Shown here one piece after another: positions 1 to 13,252 of a stretch of DNA of 64,000 bases. Position numbers and translations under genes: made by a program. The notes under the pieces are model-generated. The model was not told the DNA's origin. It did no database searches and worked only from the letters and a program-made list of their open reading frames with translations. The stretch covers positions 99,760,001 through 99,824,000 of the forward strand of contig CM052816.1 of the NCBI GenBank assembly GCA_028534125.1, read 5' to 3'. Each line of letters starts with the position of its first letter. Within the stretch, counting starts at the first letter, position 1. This stretch comes from Lama glama. Taxonomy: Eukaryota.

Positions 1-555
1 GTGCTTCGAAAATATAGCATGGTGCTGTGGTTCATTCATCCTTACAGCTAAGAAATCCAGTCATACGTGCTACTCCAGGAAATTTCAGGTCACGTCACTG
101 AAACAGGTTTAGCTGAAACAGTGGCATAAGAAAGCGGCATAAAGAAAGAAAGAAGCAAGCGATGTAAATAAAAGCTGCTAGAGTGACCACCAGCAGCTGG
201 TAGATGATTCAAGGAGATCCGAAACCTCAGGAAGTTACGAGCATCGTGGTCTGGGGATGGTCTGGGGGGCTGGGTGGCCCAAACCAACACCGCAGACCCC
301 AAAGAGGGGTTTTAGTGGATTGAGGGGTGTGGTAAATCTCTTGAAGTATGCTATCTAAAAGTTAGGAGCTCTTTAATTATAATGACCCACAGGGAAGTTT
401 CCAGAAATCCCATGGCTGTCTCCACTTGTGCTGAACAGTTCAGATCCCATCAGGAAGTAGTGCAGATCATACTTCTCCAAATGCTATTCCTAGAGCAACA
501 CCCTAACTGGAGCGGTCCCAGTCCTCACGTGTGGAGAGACCATCCTGTGACAGTT

Positions 556-1146
556 ACACGGACACTGTTCCCACCCGAAGTGCATCCCCACAGGTGCACG
601 TGTTGAAGCCCTCACCCCAGCGTGACTGTGTTTGCTGAATGTGATAAAGGTGAAAGGAGGTCAGAAGGGTGGCGCCCTGAACCAGTAAGATTAGAGTCTT
701 TATAAGAAGAAACACCAGAAAAAAAAAAAAAGAAGACACACCAGAGAGCTCCCTCTGTCTCTTTCTCCCCATCCGCACCCCCTTATCCATCTGTCTCTCT
801 ATCTCCATCTCTCCCCTTATCCCCATCACTGTCTCCATCTCTTCTCTCTCTCTCCCCACCCTCATCTCCATCTGTATCTCCATCTCGCTCCCCATCTCCA
901 TCCCTATCTCTGTCTCCATCCCCATGTCTTCTCTCTCTCTCCCTCCCTCCCTCTCTCTCTGACAGGTGAGGACACAGGGAGAAGGCAGCCGTCTTCAAGC
1001 CAGGAAGAGAGCCCTCACCAAGAACCTGAACTGCAGGACCTCGATCTTGGACTCCCTGCCTCCAGAACCATGAGAAAATGATGTTTTGTCATTTGAGCCG
1101 CTTAGTCCCTGGCATTTTGTTACGGCCGCCTGAGCAGACTGAGGCA
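556..1146 (+). mobile_element. MaLR LTR (MLT1A/B-like) with internal (TCTCCA)n expansion
   Basis: Typical MLT1 motifs: gttgaagccctcacccc, ctttataagaaga, gaggacacagggagaaggcagccgtc, ctccagaaccatgaga, ggcattttgttacggccgcc. Confidence 0.85.
750..960. repeat. (TCTCCA)n/(CT)n pyrimidine-rich low-complexity tract
   Basis: Visible degenerate hexamer repeat inside the MLT1. Confidence 0.9.
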
Positions 1147-1899
1147 GGTGTCACTAGATGCTTTGAAAGCCTGTGCACACTGAGTGTGAGCCGAGAGCAA
1201 GGATGGGGCGCTTTGCTACAACATTGTAATTACGTCATTGAAAACTCTCTCTGGTGCCCACAGGCTGCTCCTTTTTGCATCTACAATGTGTGGATATGTA
1301 TCCAAAGATAATAAAACTCTCAAAACATTAAAGGAAGAAGTCATTATGCACCAACTATTTTAAGGCAGAGCCAATTTTCTATCAGAGGTTTGGTCCCAGA
1401 CAAACACTTCTACTGAGGGGCGATTTTTCTTTCTTTAAAAATAAACCTACATTTTAATTTGAAGCAAAGTTCGGCTTAAATTGTTTTCTTTTCCTTATTG
1501 ATCTTGATGGAACGTGCCCCTTTCTGCTGTAGAACACTTTTTATAATATTACCTTTTATTCAGTAGACCCTGTTTTTTCCCAGAGAGCAGGGCTGGATTT
1601 AATATTTTCCATTTCTGTAGCAGACACCCAGAATAAGCAGAATACGGGGCATCGTGATTGCTTAGGGGGCAAAGTGTCTCTAGCAGGTAATTAGAGAAAT
1701 GCTGTTAAACACACACACACACCAATTTTCCACCAAGATTTGTTTTCATATATAAAAACCAACCAGCCTCAAAACAATGCTCTAGTGTTATATCCGTCCC
1801 AGGTGCTTAAATACAGTGCAGCACGTGTGAGGAAGCTTCCCTCAGCAGCAGTGAGCAAGGATCGCTCTTGGGCCTGTGTCTTCGGGAGGCAAGGTGGTG

Positions 1900-2110
1900 G
1901 GGCAGCCTCTGCCCGCATCTGAATTCCTTGCTGTGTGCCCTCGAATTGCTCACTTAACCTCTCTGAACCTCCACTTCATTTCCACACCTGGAAAGTGAGA
2001 CCCATCCCCCTCGCATAGGGTTGTCATGATCAAACGAGCTCAGATGTGGCAGGTGCCTCTGCAGCCCTGCAGCGCGGCAGGCACTCTCCGAGTATTCGCA
2101 GGCACCAGTT
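1900..2110 (+). mobile_element. MIR SINE
   Basis: Core-like tgctgtgtgccctcgaattgctcacttaacctctctgaacctcc...atagggttgtcatgatcaaacgag. Confidence 0.75.
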
Positions 2111-2186
2111 ATCACTCTGAGCCACGGAGCAAGAGGGCCGGTGGAGCCCGTGGAGAATTTGAGGGAGGGCTCGCGGCTCTTGCTGA

Positions 2187-2600
2187 CTGTTACGAGTTGA
2201 ACCATGTCCTCCAATTATCTGTCAGTTGAAGTCACAACCCCCATCATGTCACCTTGTTTGGAAACAGGGCAGTTGTAGGATTAACTAGTTAACATGCGGT
2301 CATACTGGAGTGGGGGGGGCCCTAACCCAGTGATGCGGGGGTGCTTATGAGGAGAGTGACCCACAAGGAGGAGGCCGGGGGAACGGAGGCACCTGACGCA
2401 GGTGCGAGCCAGGAGCATGAAGGGTGGCGGGGCCGCCAGAACCTAGGACAGCGATGTGTCCCACGTCGTCCCTCAGCCTCAGAGGGAACCAACGCTGCTG
2501 GCACCTTGCTCTGACACCCGTCCCCAGGACTGTGAGGCGCTGAGGCTCCCGGTCGCCCAGCCCGCAGCACCTTGTTGGCCTGTCTCTGAGCAAGCCGGTG
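2187..2600 (+). mobile_element. MaLR LTR (MLT1B/C-like)
   Basis: tgttacgagttgaaccatgtcctcc...gttgaagtc...caccttgtttggaaacaggg...gagggaaccaacgctgctggcaccttg. Confidence 0.75.
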
Positions 2601-5600
2601 GGGCCCTGCTCCCCCAGGGGAGCACGCGGCTGGGGGGGGGCTCTTCATGCTGTGACTGGGCTTCCTGTGCCCGCAGAGGGGACGGGGGGGTGGTCCCTGG
2701 GTGAGGTGTGGTCCAGGCGGCAGAGGGGAGGCTTCCCTGTGCACACAGCATCTCAACTTTTCTCTGACAGAGTTGTTGAGTCAGACCGCTTCCCCATCCC
2801 TCCCATGAGGTCCTCTAAGGGCCAGGCTGGTGGATCTCTCTGGGCCCACAAGACTCCCACCTTCCTCCCTCCCACCTCCCACCTCCATCTGGGGGGCCAG
2901 CCAAGCCTGGATCCCCTTCCGTCTGCTGCCTGCCTCCCCGGGGTCCAGAGGGTGTCCCTCTGCTGCCCCTCCGGACTTCTGCTCCCCCAGAGCCCATGTC
3001 CCCGCCAGGGCCCCACTCTGGGGAGACACCGCCTTCACTGCACTTGCACTGCAGGGCCACGACACTCACCGCGCTGTCGCTGCGACAGGCACCCCCCAGC
3101 GTGGGCCCGGCATCGCGTGCTGCCTGCACACTGTGAGCACTTGCGACAAACGAGAGGGACGCTGCACTGCTGTGCACCTGGGGCTCGTAGCGCTGCCACC
3201 GTGAACTCCGAGATAAGACGCGAGGGCCCGGTGAGTGTTAACTGATACGGCTGCCGCTCGGCACAACCTAGGATGATTGGGACCAAAGACGCACAGCCCC
3301 AGGGCTTTGCAGCCAGGAGTGGGGCCCTTGCCAGCTGCCCCACTGCCCCCAGAGCCGCTGAGCTGCGATGAGCTCACATCCCAGCCTTCTTAGTGATGCT
3401 TCCCTTGAAGAGAGGCTGGCCCAGTCGAGGTCTTCAAACAGCACAGATGCAAAAATAGATTTTAAATATAAGCAATATGTTCTCTTATAGAGAAAAATAA
3501 CTGGAATTCAGGTTTCTGCATCTGCATATTGAGCTGACAATGGATTTAAGATGCAAGTTGCCATCTTGTAATGATCATATACAACACTGATGTTACAGGG
3601 AGGCACCAAGTCCAAAGCGGGCCTCTGCCCACCCACCCTCTCTGCTCTGCCCCTGGAGGGCGGCCTGCACCTCTCAGTGGTCTGGCCGCAGCGAAGATGC
3701 CGGGACTTCCGGGCTCCTCAATCTTCTGCATCTGCCTTGGCATCTCGGAGCTTTGGGGATGCTAGTCACACTCCGACAGTTCTCACTTAAGGAACAAAGA
3801 ACAGTGGGGACAAGTCTTTGCTTCCTGCCCCCTCCCGTCCCTCCCATCCCAAGCACATACACCAGGAGCGCAGCGGGGGCATCTCAGCCATCCGCCCTGC
3901 CTGCTCCCGAGGTGCCCCCTTGGCCGAATCACTTCCCTCAGCTTCTGTTTTCAAAACTTCCCTTCTCCTGCCTCCCGACCAGGTACCCCTCAGGAAGCTT
4001 TGTCCTGCTCCGTCTCCATTCCCTGAGCAGCCTGGCCCGCGTGGCTTTCCTACATCCACCTGACGCAGATGGGGTGCTGGCGCCCACAGGTTACTAGGTC
4101 CCTCTGCCAATTCCAGCATCTTTGTCCTTGTTCAGCAGGACCATCTCACTGCCCTTCAGACACCCAGTTCACCTCCCAGCACAAGGGCCCTGCAGCTCAA
4201 GGTCCTTTCAGCCCGGACCCGCCCCCTTCCCAGGGACTTGGAGCAAGGAGCCTCCTCCTCTCACTTCAACCTCATCCGTTAGTGATCTTGTCGCCACCGA
4301 GGCTTCCCACATCATTCAGGGGGTGACGTTTCCCAGATGCACCAGCTAGCTCAGCTGTTTCCTGCCTTCCGAGCATCAGTGAAGATGTCTAACGGAAAGC
4401 GATGAGCACCTCAGAGTGCTGGTCTCCCAGCCGTACCCGCGAGACCTGCTGCTCTCCACAGCGGGTCCTTCAGCCCCTGCGACCTGCGCGTCCTTCAGGC
4501 CAGAGGTCCAGACGCCTCGTTGCTTTCACGCCCCCATCCGAAGGTTCAGTGATATCGCTGCCCCTGCCCCCTGCCGTCCACGCCGAGTCAGACCGCTTCT
4601 CACCGCTGGTGCTGCTGTGCTCACGGCCGAAGGCGTGGCGGCTCCTCCTGCGTTCTCGTCTCTGAACGGCTTTCTTGCCTCCACCCTCACCCCTGCAGTC
4701 CGTCTCAAACCAGGCAGCTCCGGAGGGGCCTCGAAATGTAAGAAGGCATCACTCTCCTTCTGGAAGCTGCCAATGACTCCCACGTCACCTGGAGTGAGAA
4801 GTCCGGGGCTTTCTGCCGTATTTTATGTGCTTTGTCTCCTACGTTACGCCCCTTCCCTGGGCGCCGGCCCCTCGTTCATCCTCCAGCCAGACCTCAGGCC
4901 TCGGAGCCTCGGGGCAGCCGCGCCCTCTGCCTTGGTCACTCTTCCCCCAGCCGACGTCGTTTCGTCTCCAGTCTCCAGACCAAGACCCCTTCTCAGGACG
5001 ACCACCTTCCCCAACCACTCCACTCAAAACACACAGCCTCTCAGGCCTCCCAGACGTCCCTGTCCAGACCCAGTCCTGCTCATTTTACTGCACGACACTC
5101 AGACCTGCCAATACTCTGTTTTATTTACATTTAAATGAAGTTTGTAGCTGATGTCAATTGTCTTCCTCAACCGTGTGACTTGAGCTCCTTGAGTCTGGGG
5201 GAATCTGTCGGTTGATTTAACCCGAGACTTGTATCAACAGTGGGTAAATGGTTTTGAATAAATAAATTGATAGGGTTACTATCTCAAAAGGCCAAAAAGC
5301 ATTATTTATACCTCATTGAACTTTGAGACAGCTGACAGAGGCTGTGAAGTCCGGAGCTCTGTTAACCAGGAGGGACAATGCGTATCCTGACAGGGGATGG
5401 TCCCAGGGCGGCATCCTCCGATGTGAGCGCCCTGTGGAGCCTCACCCCCTGTTTCTCTGCCCCTTCCCCAAGAGGCTGCACAGAGCAGACTCCACTGCAG
5501 CCCCTGGCTCCTTCCCTAGAAGTCGAGTGACTTGTAGGGGGAAGAAAGTGGATTCATTATTCTAGTTCATTCACGGCACACTGCGGAGACTGGCCTGATG

Positions 5601-6304
5601 GACGTGGCATTCCTGTCCCGCCCAGCCTCCTGCTGCCTCCCGTGGGGCCCGGCGAGGGCCAGCACTTACACGCCTCCTTGACTGTGACGTTGCATTGTGG
5701 ACGGTACAAAAGGGAAGGAAGGCAATGTTCTGCAGCCTCGGGCTCCAGCAGCCTTCTCCAAGCAACCTGTATGAGGAACAGCAGATTTCTGAACCTGCTT
5801 GACTCCTGTCAGTCTCTCTCCACTGACACGGAGTCATACACAAGAAGGGTGTGTGGATGCCCCTAGATTTCCAAATGAAGTCAGCTCGATCGGGAGCCCT
5901 TGGATGGCAAACCCTTAACTACCCTTCTTTTCTCCCTTGAAACTGCCGTCCAGTGCTATGACAGCAGTCGTCCCTTGATAAAGCATTGCTGGGCAGGGAA
6001 AAGTAGACACTGCAAATGATTTTAATCATACACATTCTCTGATGTATGTACCCACTAAGAAAACCTCCCCGAACTCGGTTTGGTTTTATATGAATTGGTT
6101 AAGTTGAACATCGATAATGCAGAGCGTTTTCAAGGTACCTGGAAGAAAGTGTTAGAGAAATTATACACCTGTCACCGGGGCATTTGCTAATGGGCTGTTT
6201 CTCTCCCGGGGGCAGTATACTATTAGAACCTCAGACTGCCTGGACTGAACTGCTATCTTAGGGCTTTTGAATGGTGAAAAATCTCGTAGAATAATTTAAA
6301 GAGG

Positions 6305-6874
6305 TTATAATAGCCAATAGGCATGTGAGAAAATGCTCAAAATATCTAACTATCAGAGAAATGCAAAAAACTACAGTGAGGGATCACCTCACACCAGCCA
6401 GAATGGCCATCATTCAAAAGTCCACAGACAACAAATGCTGGAGGGGCTGTGGAGAAAAGGGAGCCCTCCTACACTGCTGGTGGGAATGTAGTTTGGTGCA
6501 GCCACTGTGGAAAATACTATGGAGATTCCTCAAAAAACAAAAGAAATAGACTTACCATATGTCCCAGCAATCCCATTCCTGGGCATATATTGGGAGGGAA
6601 GTCTAATTTGAAAAGACACATGCACCCTAATGTTCACAGCAGCACTATTTACAATAGCCAAGACATTGAAACAACCTAAATGTCCACTGACAGATGACTG
6701 GATAAAGAAACTGTGGTGTATTTATACAAGGGAATCCTATTCAGCCATAAAAAGGAATAACATAATGCTATTTGCAGCAACATGGTTGGACCTGGAGATT
6801 GTCACTCAAAGTGAAATAAGCCAGAAAGAGAGGGATAAATACCATATGATATCACACATATGTGGAATCTAAAA

Positions 6875-6947
<73 letters not shown>

Positions 6948-7270
6948 AGACACTAATGAACTCGTTTATAAAACAGAAACAGACTCACAGACATAGTAAA
7001 CAATTTTATGGTTACTGGAGAAAGGGGGTGGTAAGGGATAAATTTGAGAGTTTGAGATTTGTGAATGTTAACCACTACATATAAAAATAGATAAAAAAAC
7101 AAATTTCTTCCGTATAGCACAGGGAACTATTTTCAGTATCTTGTAATAACCTTTAATGAAAAAGAATATGAAAACAAACACATGTGTACATGTATGCATG
7201 ACTGGGACGTTGTGCTGCACACCAGAAACTGACACATTGTAACTGACTACACTTCAATTTAAAAAAAGAG
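6305..7270 (+). mobile_element. L1 3' portion (ORF2 C-terminus, 3'UTR, A-tail)
   Basis: ORF2 C-terminal peptides ([39 protein letters not shown]), 3'UTR, poly(A); (GAAA)n at 6873-6947. Confidence 0.95.
6873..6947. repeat. (GAAA)n microsatellite
   Basis: Direct. Confidence 0.95.
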
Positions 7271-7889
7271 GTTTTGTAACTTAAGAAAAAATCAACACTT
7301 TAGCAAAACTCACCATGCAATTCCAATACTTAAATTCAACTGAAATAATTTATCTCGGATAAAATGATCAGTCATTGTATTAGACCTCATCTTAACATTT
7401 GAAGTTCTCCGTATTTCCAGCTCTGGGTCCAAGTTAAATATCAGTCAATATTAAAAACCGCAGGTGCCCTCGTGTGTGGAGATTATGGAGGTGGGGGGAG
7501 AGTCCGTCCCACCTTCACAGCTTTAAAGCTGAGAAGCGCCTTGTGAACGTGAAGGTGGATTAAGAAGTGGAACACCCCTCTGCGTGCCTCCCGCAGGGGA
7601 CACTCAGTAAGTGTGTGATTTTCTCTTTAACCATAGGAAGGGACAGCTCTCTGAGCACCATCAGGAGGGCTCAGCTCTGGAGACCTGCCCAGATTCGACA
7701 CCCCCCCACCAGCTCCCTCCCCGCCTCCAGCCAGCTCTCCGGGCCCTCCAGGTTGGGTGTGCACCTACTGCCAGGGCCCGGCAAGCTGAGACCCCCTTTG
7801 ATGAGAATCAGAGCCCCCACCTCTGACTCCTCCGAGGGCAGTTCCTGGCCAGTGGGGATGGAAATTTGAGGAAGACACCTTGGCTTCAA

Positions 7890-8115
7890 AAGGGAGGTCA
7901 GGGTTTGCAGATCCTAACTGCTATATATAAAATAGACAAGTAAGTTTCTTCTGCTTAGCACAGGGAAGTATATTCAGTATCTTGTAGTAACTATAATGGA
8001 AAAGAATGTGAAAAGGAATATCTGCATGTATACATAAGACTGAAACACGAAGCCACGCACCAGAAATTGACACATTGTAACTGACTATATACTTCAATTA
8101 AAAAAAATTTTTTTG
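7890..8115 (+). mobile_element. 5'-truncated L1 3'UTR tail
   Basis: Similar to 7040-7270 (agcacagggaa.tatattcagtatcttgta...gacacattgtaactgacta...aattaaaa). Confidence 0.9.
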
Positions 8116-8129
8116 AAAAAGAGTGGGTG

Positions 8130-9400
8130 CATTACCGCTTCCTCCCAGGCTTGGATGTCAACAAAGAAAAGCCACCCTGCATCTGTGTCTCTGGCCGCGG
8201 GCCACCACTGTTTGTCAAACCAGGGCAAATCCAATTAGTGGGCGGCCCACCTCCCCACCGCATTAACTGCTCGGTGTTGAGAACGTCCCTGGCCCCTGCC
8301 AACATCTCATTTCTCCTGCAGCTGATAAGATCTGCTGAAGATGTTCAGTGGGGCTCCCTTTCAGTTCGGCTGGGCTCCCCAGCCCAGCCCTCGCGGCCCA
8401 TCTCATTTCCAACATGAAATAGGACGGCAGCTCTGGGCCGGCGGCGGCGGCGGGACAGCAGCGCGTGGCGGGGCGGCCGACCCCTTATCGCGGGCCCCAC
8501 AAAGGCCGGCGCTGGCTGATTAGCACCCTCCCCGCGCAGTGTCAGCCCCATTCCTGTCACCCTGCAGATGGAGCCTTTCACTCAGGCTCGCCAGTGAGTG
8601 ACACATGGCCCGACCGGGAGGACAACATTGTTATTTGAGTTAAGAAATCAATTTGTATCAAATGTACACTGTAATTTATTTGTTGGCTTTGAAGGGAATC
8701 GAGCTGAGATAAATGGGCCCGGGCTGCTTTCTGCCCCCCCGGCCGAGCTGATAAAGTTCTTGTGAAGCTCCAGATAGCTCCAGTCACAGCCAAAGTGACA
8801 AACATGTTTAAAGTTGCACAGTGATCTTTAAATCTCAAAAAGAACACCTTGTCGGACATGATAGGGCGTTTTTACCTTTTCCCTCTGTCTGTCAGAAAGC
8901 TGCTGCGACACGCTGCTTCAGTATTTTTGCTGGCATTTTCTTTATCAAGCACATCTGTTTGTGGTCGAAAGATGCTTCTTCCCATTTCCCTCAGCCTCCA
9001 GCCGGCTGAGAAATCGCCAACAGGAAGGGAGAAAATGAGGCCGTCCCCGCGGCGCACTGCCATCCCGGGAGGCGCCTGCCGTTTGGTCTGTTTGTTTTTG
9101 GGTTTTCTTTCATGCTTTTTTAGCACCGTGTCGGGATGCACTTCCTCGCCCCCCCACCCAGCATCTCCTCTCCTCCCCTTCTCCATTCATCTTCATCTCC
9201 CTCTTCATTTCTGCCTCCACCTCTGTCATCGTTATGAGGAATTTGTTTTTGATTTCAATTCTTGTCTCGGAGGGAAAACCACTGAAGGTTTTACTCCCCC
9301 GCTGCTGCTGCTGTAAATTAGCCTGTGATGGCCGTCCGTCTGGACACCCGCTGTTATCGTGAACAGAGGACTGATTCAGGCCCCCATCCCAGCTCTCCAG
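8130..9400. promoter_or_regulatory. Candidate conserved enhancer (GATA/homeodomain motif cluster with CpG-rich core)
   Basis: Apparently repeat-free. GATA motifs ctgataag (~8322), cttatc (~8484), agataa (~8707), ctgataa (~8749), tttatc (~8941), gttatc (~9353); TAAT/ATCAAT motifs at 8630-8690; CpG-rich 8430-8540. Confidence 0.5.
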
Positions 9401-10554
9401 GTGCCAGCATCTTTGCGGGTCACCTGATGAGAAAAAGCCTGGCGCATGGTCATGAGAGCACTTATTTCTGGACATTTTAGCCTAAGAAACCCCTTCTTCA
9501 TCTCTCTTCTTCTCATTTTTTTTTAAACAGTGGCATCAGTGTAACATCTCCTGCCAGCCAATTGCATAAAACATCAATCCACTTTCAACCTGGTTTTTCT
9601 GTACTTTGGGAATCTGCTTCTTCTCGTGACCAGAGGAAAAATGCAGGATCTTGGGTTCTGTCCGATCTGACCTTCTGTTTGTCTGGCTTTGCCTGTTCTC
9701 AGTGTTCAGCCGGAATCCCGGGAGAATTCCGTTTACTTCACGCTGGGGCAGAGTCATCCCGAGGCACAGTGCTGACATGCGAGCTCAGTCCCTCCGGGAG
9801 CTGAGGCTCTTCCTGGGGTTCCCTCCTTTCCTGGGACGGGGCTCCCCAGCCGGGGCACTGCTCTCCTTTCTAATAGAATTCGTCTTTACTAGCTGACGCA
9901 TCACAGTGGAGTTAGTAGCAGGAAACAGGTATCTGCTTATCATGAAAACGCAAGCTTGGATTTTTCTGGAAGTGCGCTGTGATGTTAGACTCCTCGGTTC
10001 GGTCCTTCCATCTCGAGACACGCCCCGCCTGCCTGTGCCCACTTCTCCCGTGGGCATCAGCAAGGTGGGGGCAGGGAGCACGGCAGCGGCGCCTTCTGCA
10101 AGGGGCACTGTCCCCTGATCTGGGACGGAGAGGACCCCAGCGTGCCCTCGGGGGGGCAGTGTGTGAGCAGGACCATGCCCCCGGGGCCAAGCTGGGGAAG
10201 GGGGCCTGGGGGGCTGGGAGGCTGCTCTTCCCTCCCTCAGCACTCCCGGCCCCAGCCAGGCCCAGAAAAAACCCCCTTTCTTGTGTCACCCAAACACACT
10301 CACCCTTGATCTGACATCTTAACAACTCCTCAGGTGTTGGTGTCAAGATTTCCCATCGGCTGGGCTAAAATATGTGTCCCCAAACACAGGAAACCATCTT
10401 TGCAGAAAAATAATTAACTTTCAAAAAGTGGCAGAACTTACTTTCCAGAAAATCTGCAGAAGCCCGACAGTAAGTCAGAGAGGACCTGGGAAGGAGACGA
10501 GGCCACAGCATTTCTCAGGCCCCGGCCCAGCCCCGTGCACTGCTTTGTTTAGCT

Positions 10555-11170
10555 TTGGTAACCAGTTTATTGAGGATAATGTATATACTGCACGATTCAC
10601 TCCTGGGCAGCTTGATGGCTCTTAGCATTTCACAGACTTGGGCAGCCAGCACCGCAGTCAAAAGTTCTCACCTCACAAAGAAACCCTATAACTTTAACTG
10701 TCACACCCGACCCTCCCGTCGCCCAGACAACCACTGATGCACCTGCTCCGTCTATGGAGTCGCCTCCTGGACACGTGGAGATGGAGTCATGGAACACGTG
10801 GTCTCCAGCGCCTGGAATCTGTTACTGAGCGTCGAGTGCCCAGGGCTCACCCAGGCTGCAGTGGTACTGGGCTCCCGTCCCTGTCTGTGGCTGGGTGATA
10901 TTCCATTGTGAGGACGCACTGTGTTCGCTGCCTTTGTCCACTCAGCGGTCGACGGGCATCGGGCTGTTTCCGAATGCTGGCTGTTCTTGAGAAGGCTGCT
11001 GTGAGCGTTGGCGGCCAGGTTTCTGCCTGGACATATGTCTTCATCTCTCTTGGGTGGGTGTCCAGGAGGGGAATCGCTGGGTCCCAGGGTAACGCGATGG
11101 TTTGCTTTTGAGGAACAGCCAGACTTTTCCCAAGCAGCTGCATCTGTGTGCTGTTTCCACACACAATTCA
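10555..11170 (-). mobile_element. Old L1 (L1MB/MC-like) 3' fragment inserted in the TIR remnant of pseudogene B
   Basis: Minus-strand ORF2 C-terminal peptide LGKSLAVPQKQTIALPWDPAIPLL..PREMKTYV, then a degenerate 3'UTR. Confidence 0.85.
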
Positions 11171-12174
11171 AATAAACTCAGTTAGCCGCTTTCCACTGAA
11201 CAGAAGATCAGGAGCAGCAAATTAAATGTAACACTGGAAGCATTGTTATGGAAGGAACAAAGAAGCTGCAGAAACCACTGCTTCAGAGTGATGAGGAGGG
11301 AAGGAAAAAAGAGTGTAGTGTGAGGATTAAAAAAGAAGAACAAGCAGACTTTGCTGTGGGGGGAGCCGCCTTTCTCTGCGTCTGGGGTCCAGACAGCACC
11401 TCAGTAGAACTGGTATTTGAATAGTTTCTGGGCACCAAAGGAAAATATAAAATTGTACTCTGAATATTTAGCTTAAGAAGTCAGACAAGGGCACAAAATT
11501 CTGTTCAATATGATACAAAGCTACAAACAACATGATTAAGATAACACTACGTTGTGAAAACTCCATTCAGACGAGGGCTTTCTGTCCATAAACATGTTGG
11601 TGTCACTTCAAGTCCATTTGTGCCCACGAGGGGCGGCACACACACCACCTGGTGATTCCGATGATGCAGCCATGACCCTGCTAAGGGTGACGAGAGCCAC
11701 CAGGTAAAGTTCCTTGGGGGAAAAAGAGGTCTTTCCAGAACTGAAGGCAGTTCTTGAACAGGCAATAGCTTTTCCAAAAAGTTATTTAGATTATCTGAGT
11801 GTGGGTGAGAACGGGGCTTAATTTTAAAATACACATGATTGGCTATCTAGTTAGCTATACTGTTTTTATGACATGTGAGGTTGTAAAGAGAGTTTCTGTT
11901 TTTCTTTTTAAGTTAAATCTAAACTTTTATGAGATTCTGTTCATTTTCTCTCTGTTTGAGGAATCATTTTTTCTGTACACATGAATCTAAACAACATTAA
12001 TAGCCAAAAGGAGCTTTCCCAGCATTTTAAATATTAAAATTATTGAGATTACCTAGTCGCGTGAGACCGGAGACCAAATTATGCGTAAATCAGAATTAAA
12101 ACCCAGGGCCTTGGAATTCCAGAACCATGGTTGTTTCAGCCAGTTTCAGTCTTCAGGTAGGAATATGCTTTCTT

Positions 12175-12335
12175 TGTTGTTTTGTTTGTTTGATGTTTTT
12201 AAATTGAAGTGTAGTTGATTTACAATGCTGTGTTAGTTTCACGTGTACAGCCAAGTAATTCAGTTATACATCACATATATATACTTTTTTCAGATTCTTT
12301 TCCATTACAGGTTATTACAAGATATTGAATATAGG
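12175..12335 (-). mobile_element. L1 3'UTR tail
   Basis: aattgaagtgtagttgatttacaatg...ttccattacaggttattacaagatattgaata. Confidence 0.9.
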
Positions 12336-13116
12336 AGTATGTTTTCATTTGATGTGGTGAACCAAGATTTTGTGTTAATTCCGTGATGTGATCAATGGGC
12401 ATCACTCACACATGTGCAGTAGGCTCAATGCTTTATAAAAAGTGAAAAACAAAAGGCTACCCTGGCCCCCTCCTCAAAGAAGGGCTGGATAAAGGTCCTT
12501 CACATCTATGCTGAGAACATTCTTTTGAGAAGCAAAAATGTTTAACTACCTTGATGCCCCAGGCTGGAGGGCAGGCGCCCTCGCTGGCTCCACCCTCACC
12601 TAAGCTTCCGGTCTCTGTGCTGGAGTCCCCACCCTCCAAAACAATCCCCATTTTCCCTCTGGGAAGCAGAGAGACCGCAGGATTCCGAGGAGCGCTGGAA
12701 GCCTGCATCTGCATCCAGACCACGCTCGCGGTGCCCCCGGGATCAGCCCCCAGGGGTCCTGGACCACAGGACCAGTCCCGAGTGCTGCCCGTGTCCTGCT
12801 CGGGACGAGGGGCATGTGAGCAGTGACGGAACAAAACCGTCCCTGCTCCCTGGGGGAATAATGAGTGTCTTCCTCAGATGTCATTGGGAAATCAGTGGGC
12901 CTCTGAGGTATCATTAATTTTCATTAACAGAAAACAACATTATTATTTTCAACCTGGAAAATTCACCCAGGGTTTGTTGGGCTGGGGTGTGGGTCGTCTG
13001 AAGCCAGACCAGGGCAGGCTTCAAAGCACCTTCACGGGCGGGGCCCACCCTTCCGCCTCAGGAGCAATGGTGTGATCAGCTTCAATTATGAAACGAGTAT
13101 TTAAATGCAGTGGTAA

Positions 13117-13252
13117 GGGGGGAGGGTGCAGCTCAAGGGGTGGAGCGCATGCTTAGCATGCGTGAGGTCCTGGGTTCAATCCCCCGCACCTCCATTAAAA
13201 ATAAGTAAATAAATAAATGAGCCAATTCTCTCACACCCACAAAAAATATATA
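13117..13252 (+). mobile_element. Camelid tRNA-derived SINE (Vic-1-like)
   Basis: ggggagggtgcagctcaagggg...gcatgcttagcatgcgtgaggtcctgggttcaatcccc (A/B boxes), AT-rich tail, imperfect TSD taaatgcagtggt (13102) / taaacgcagttgt (13253). Confidence 0.9.

Noticed and set aside
554..998. M/E/G- and R/D/G-rich ORFs
   Set aside because: Translations of the (TCTCCA)n tract.
2322..5151. Many overlapping 80-240 aa ORFs
   Set aside because: GC-rich, partly repeat-derived DNA with ORFs in all frames and no domain or splice structure.
13117..13195. tRNA-like sequence
   Set aside because: It has an AT-rich tail and TSD, so it is a SINE rather than a tRNA gene.
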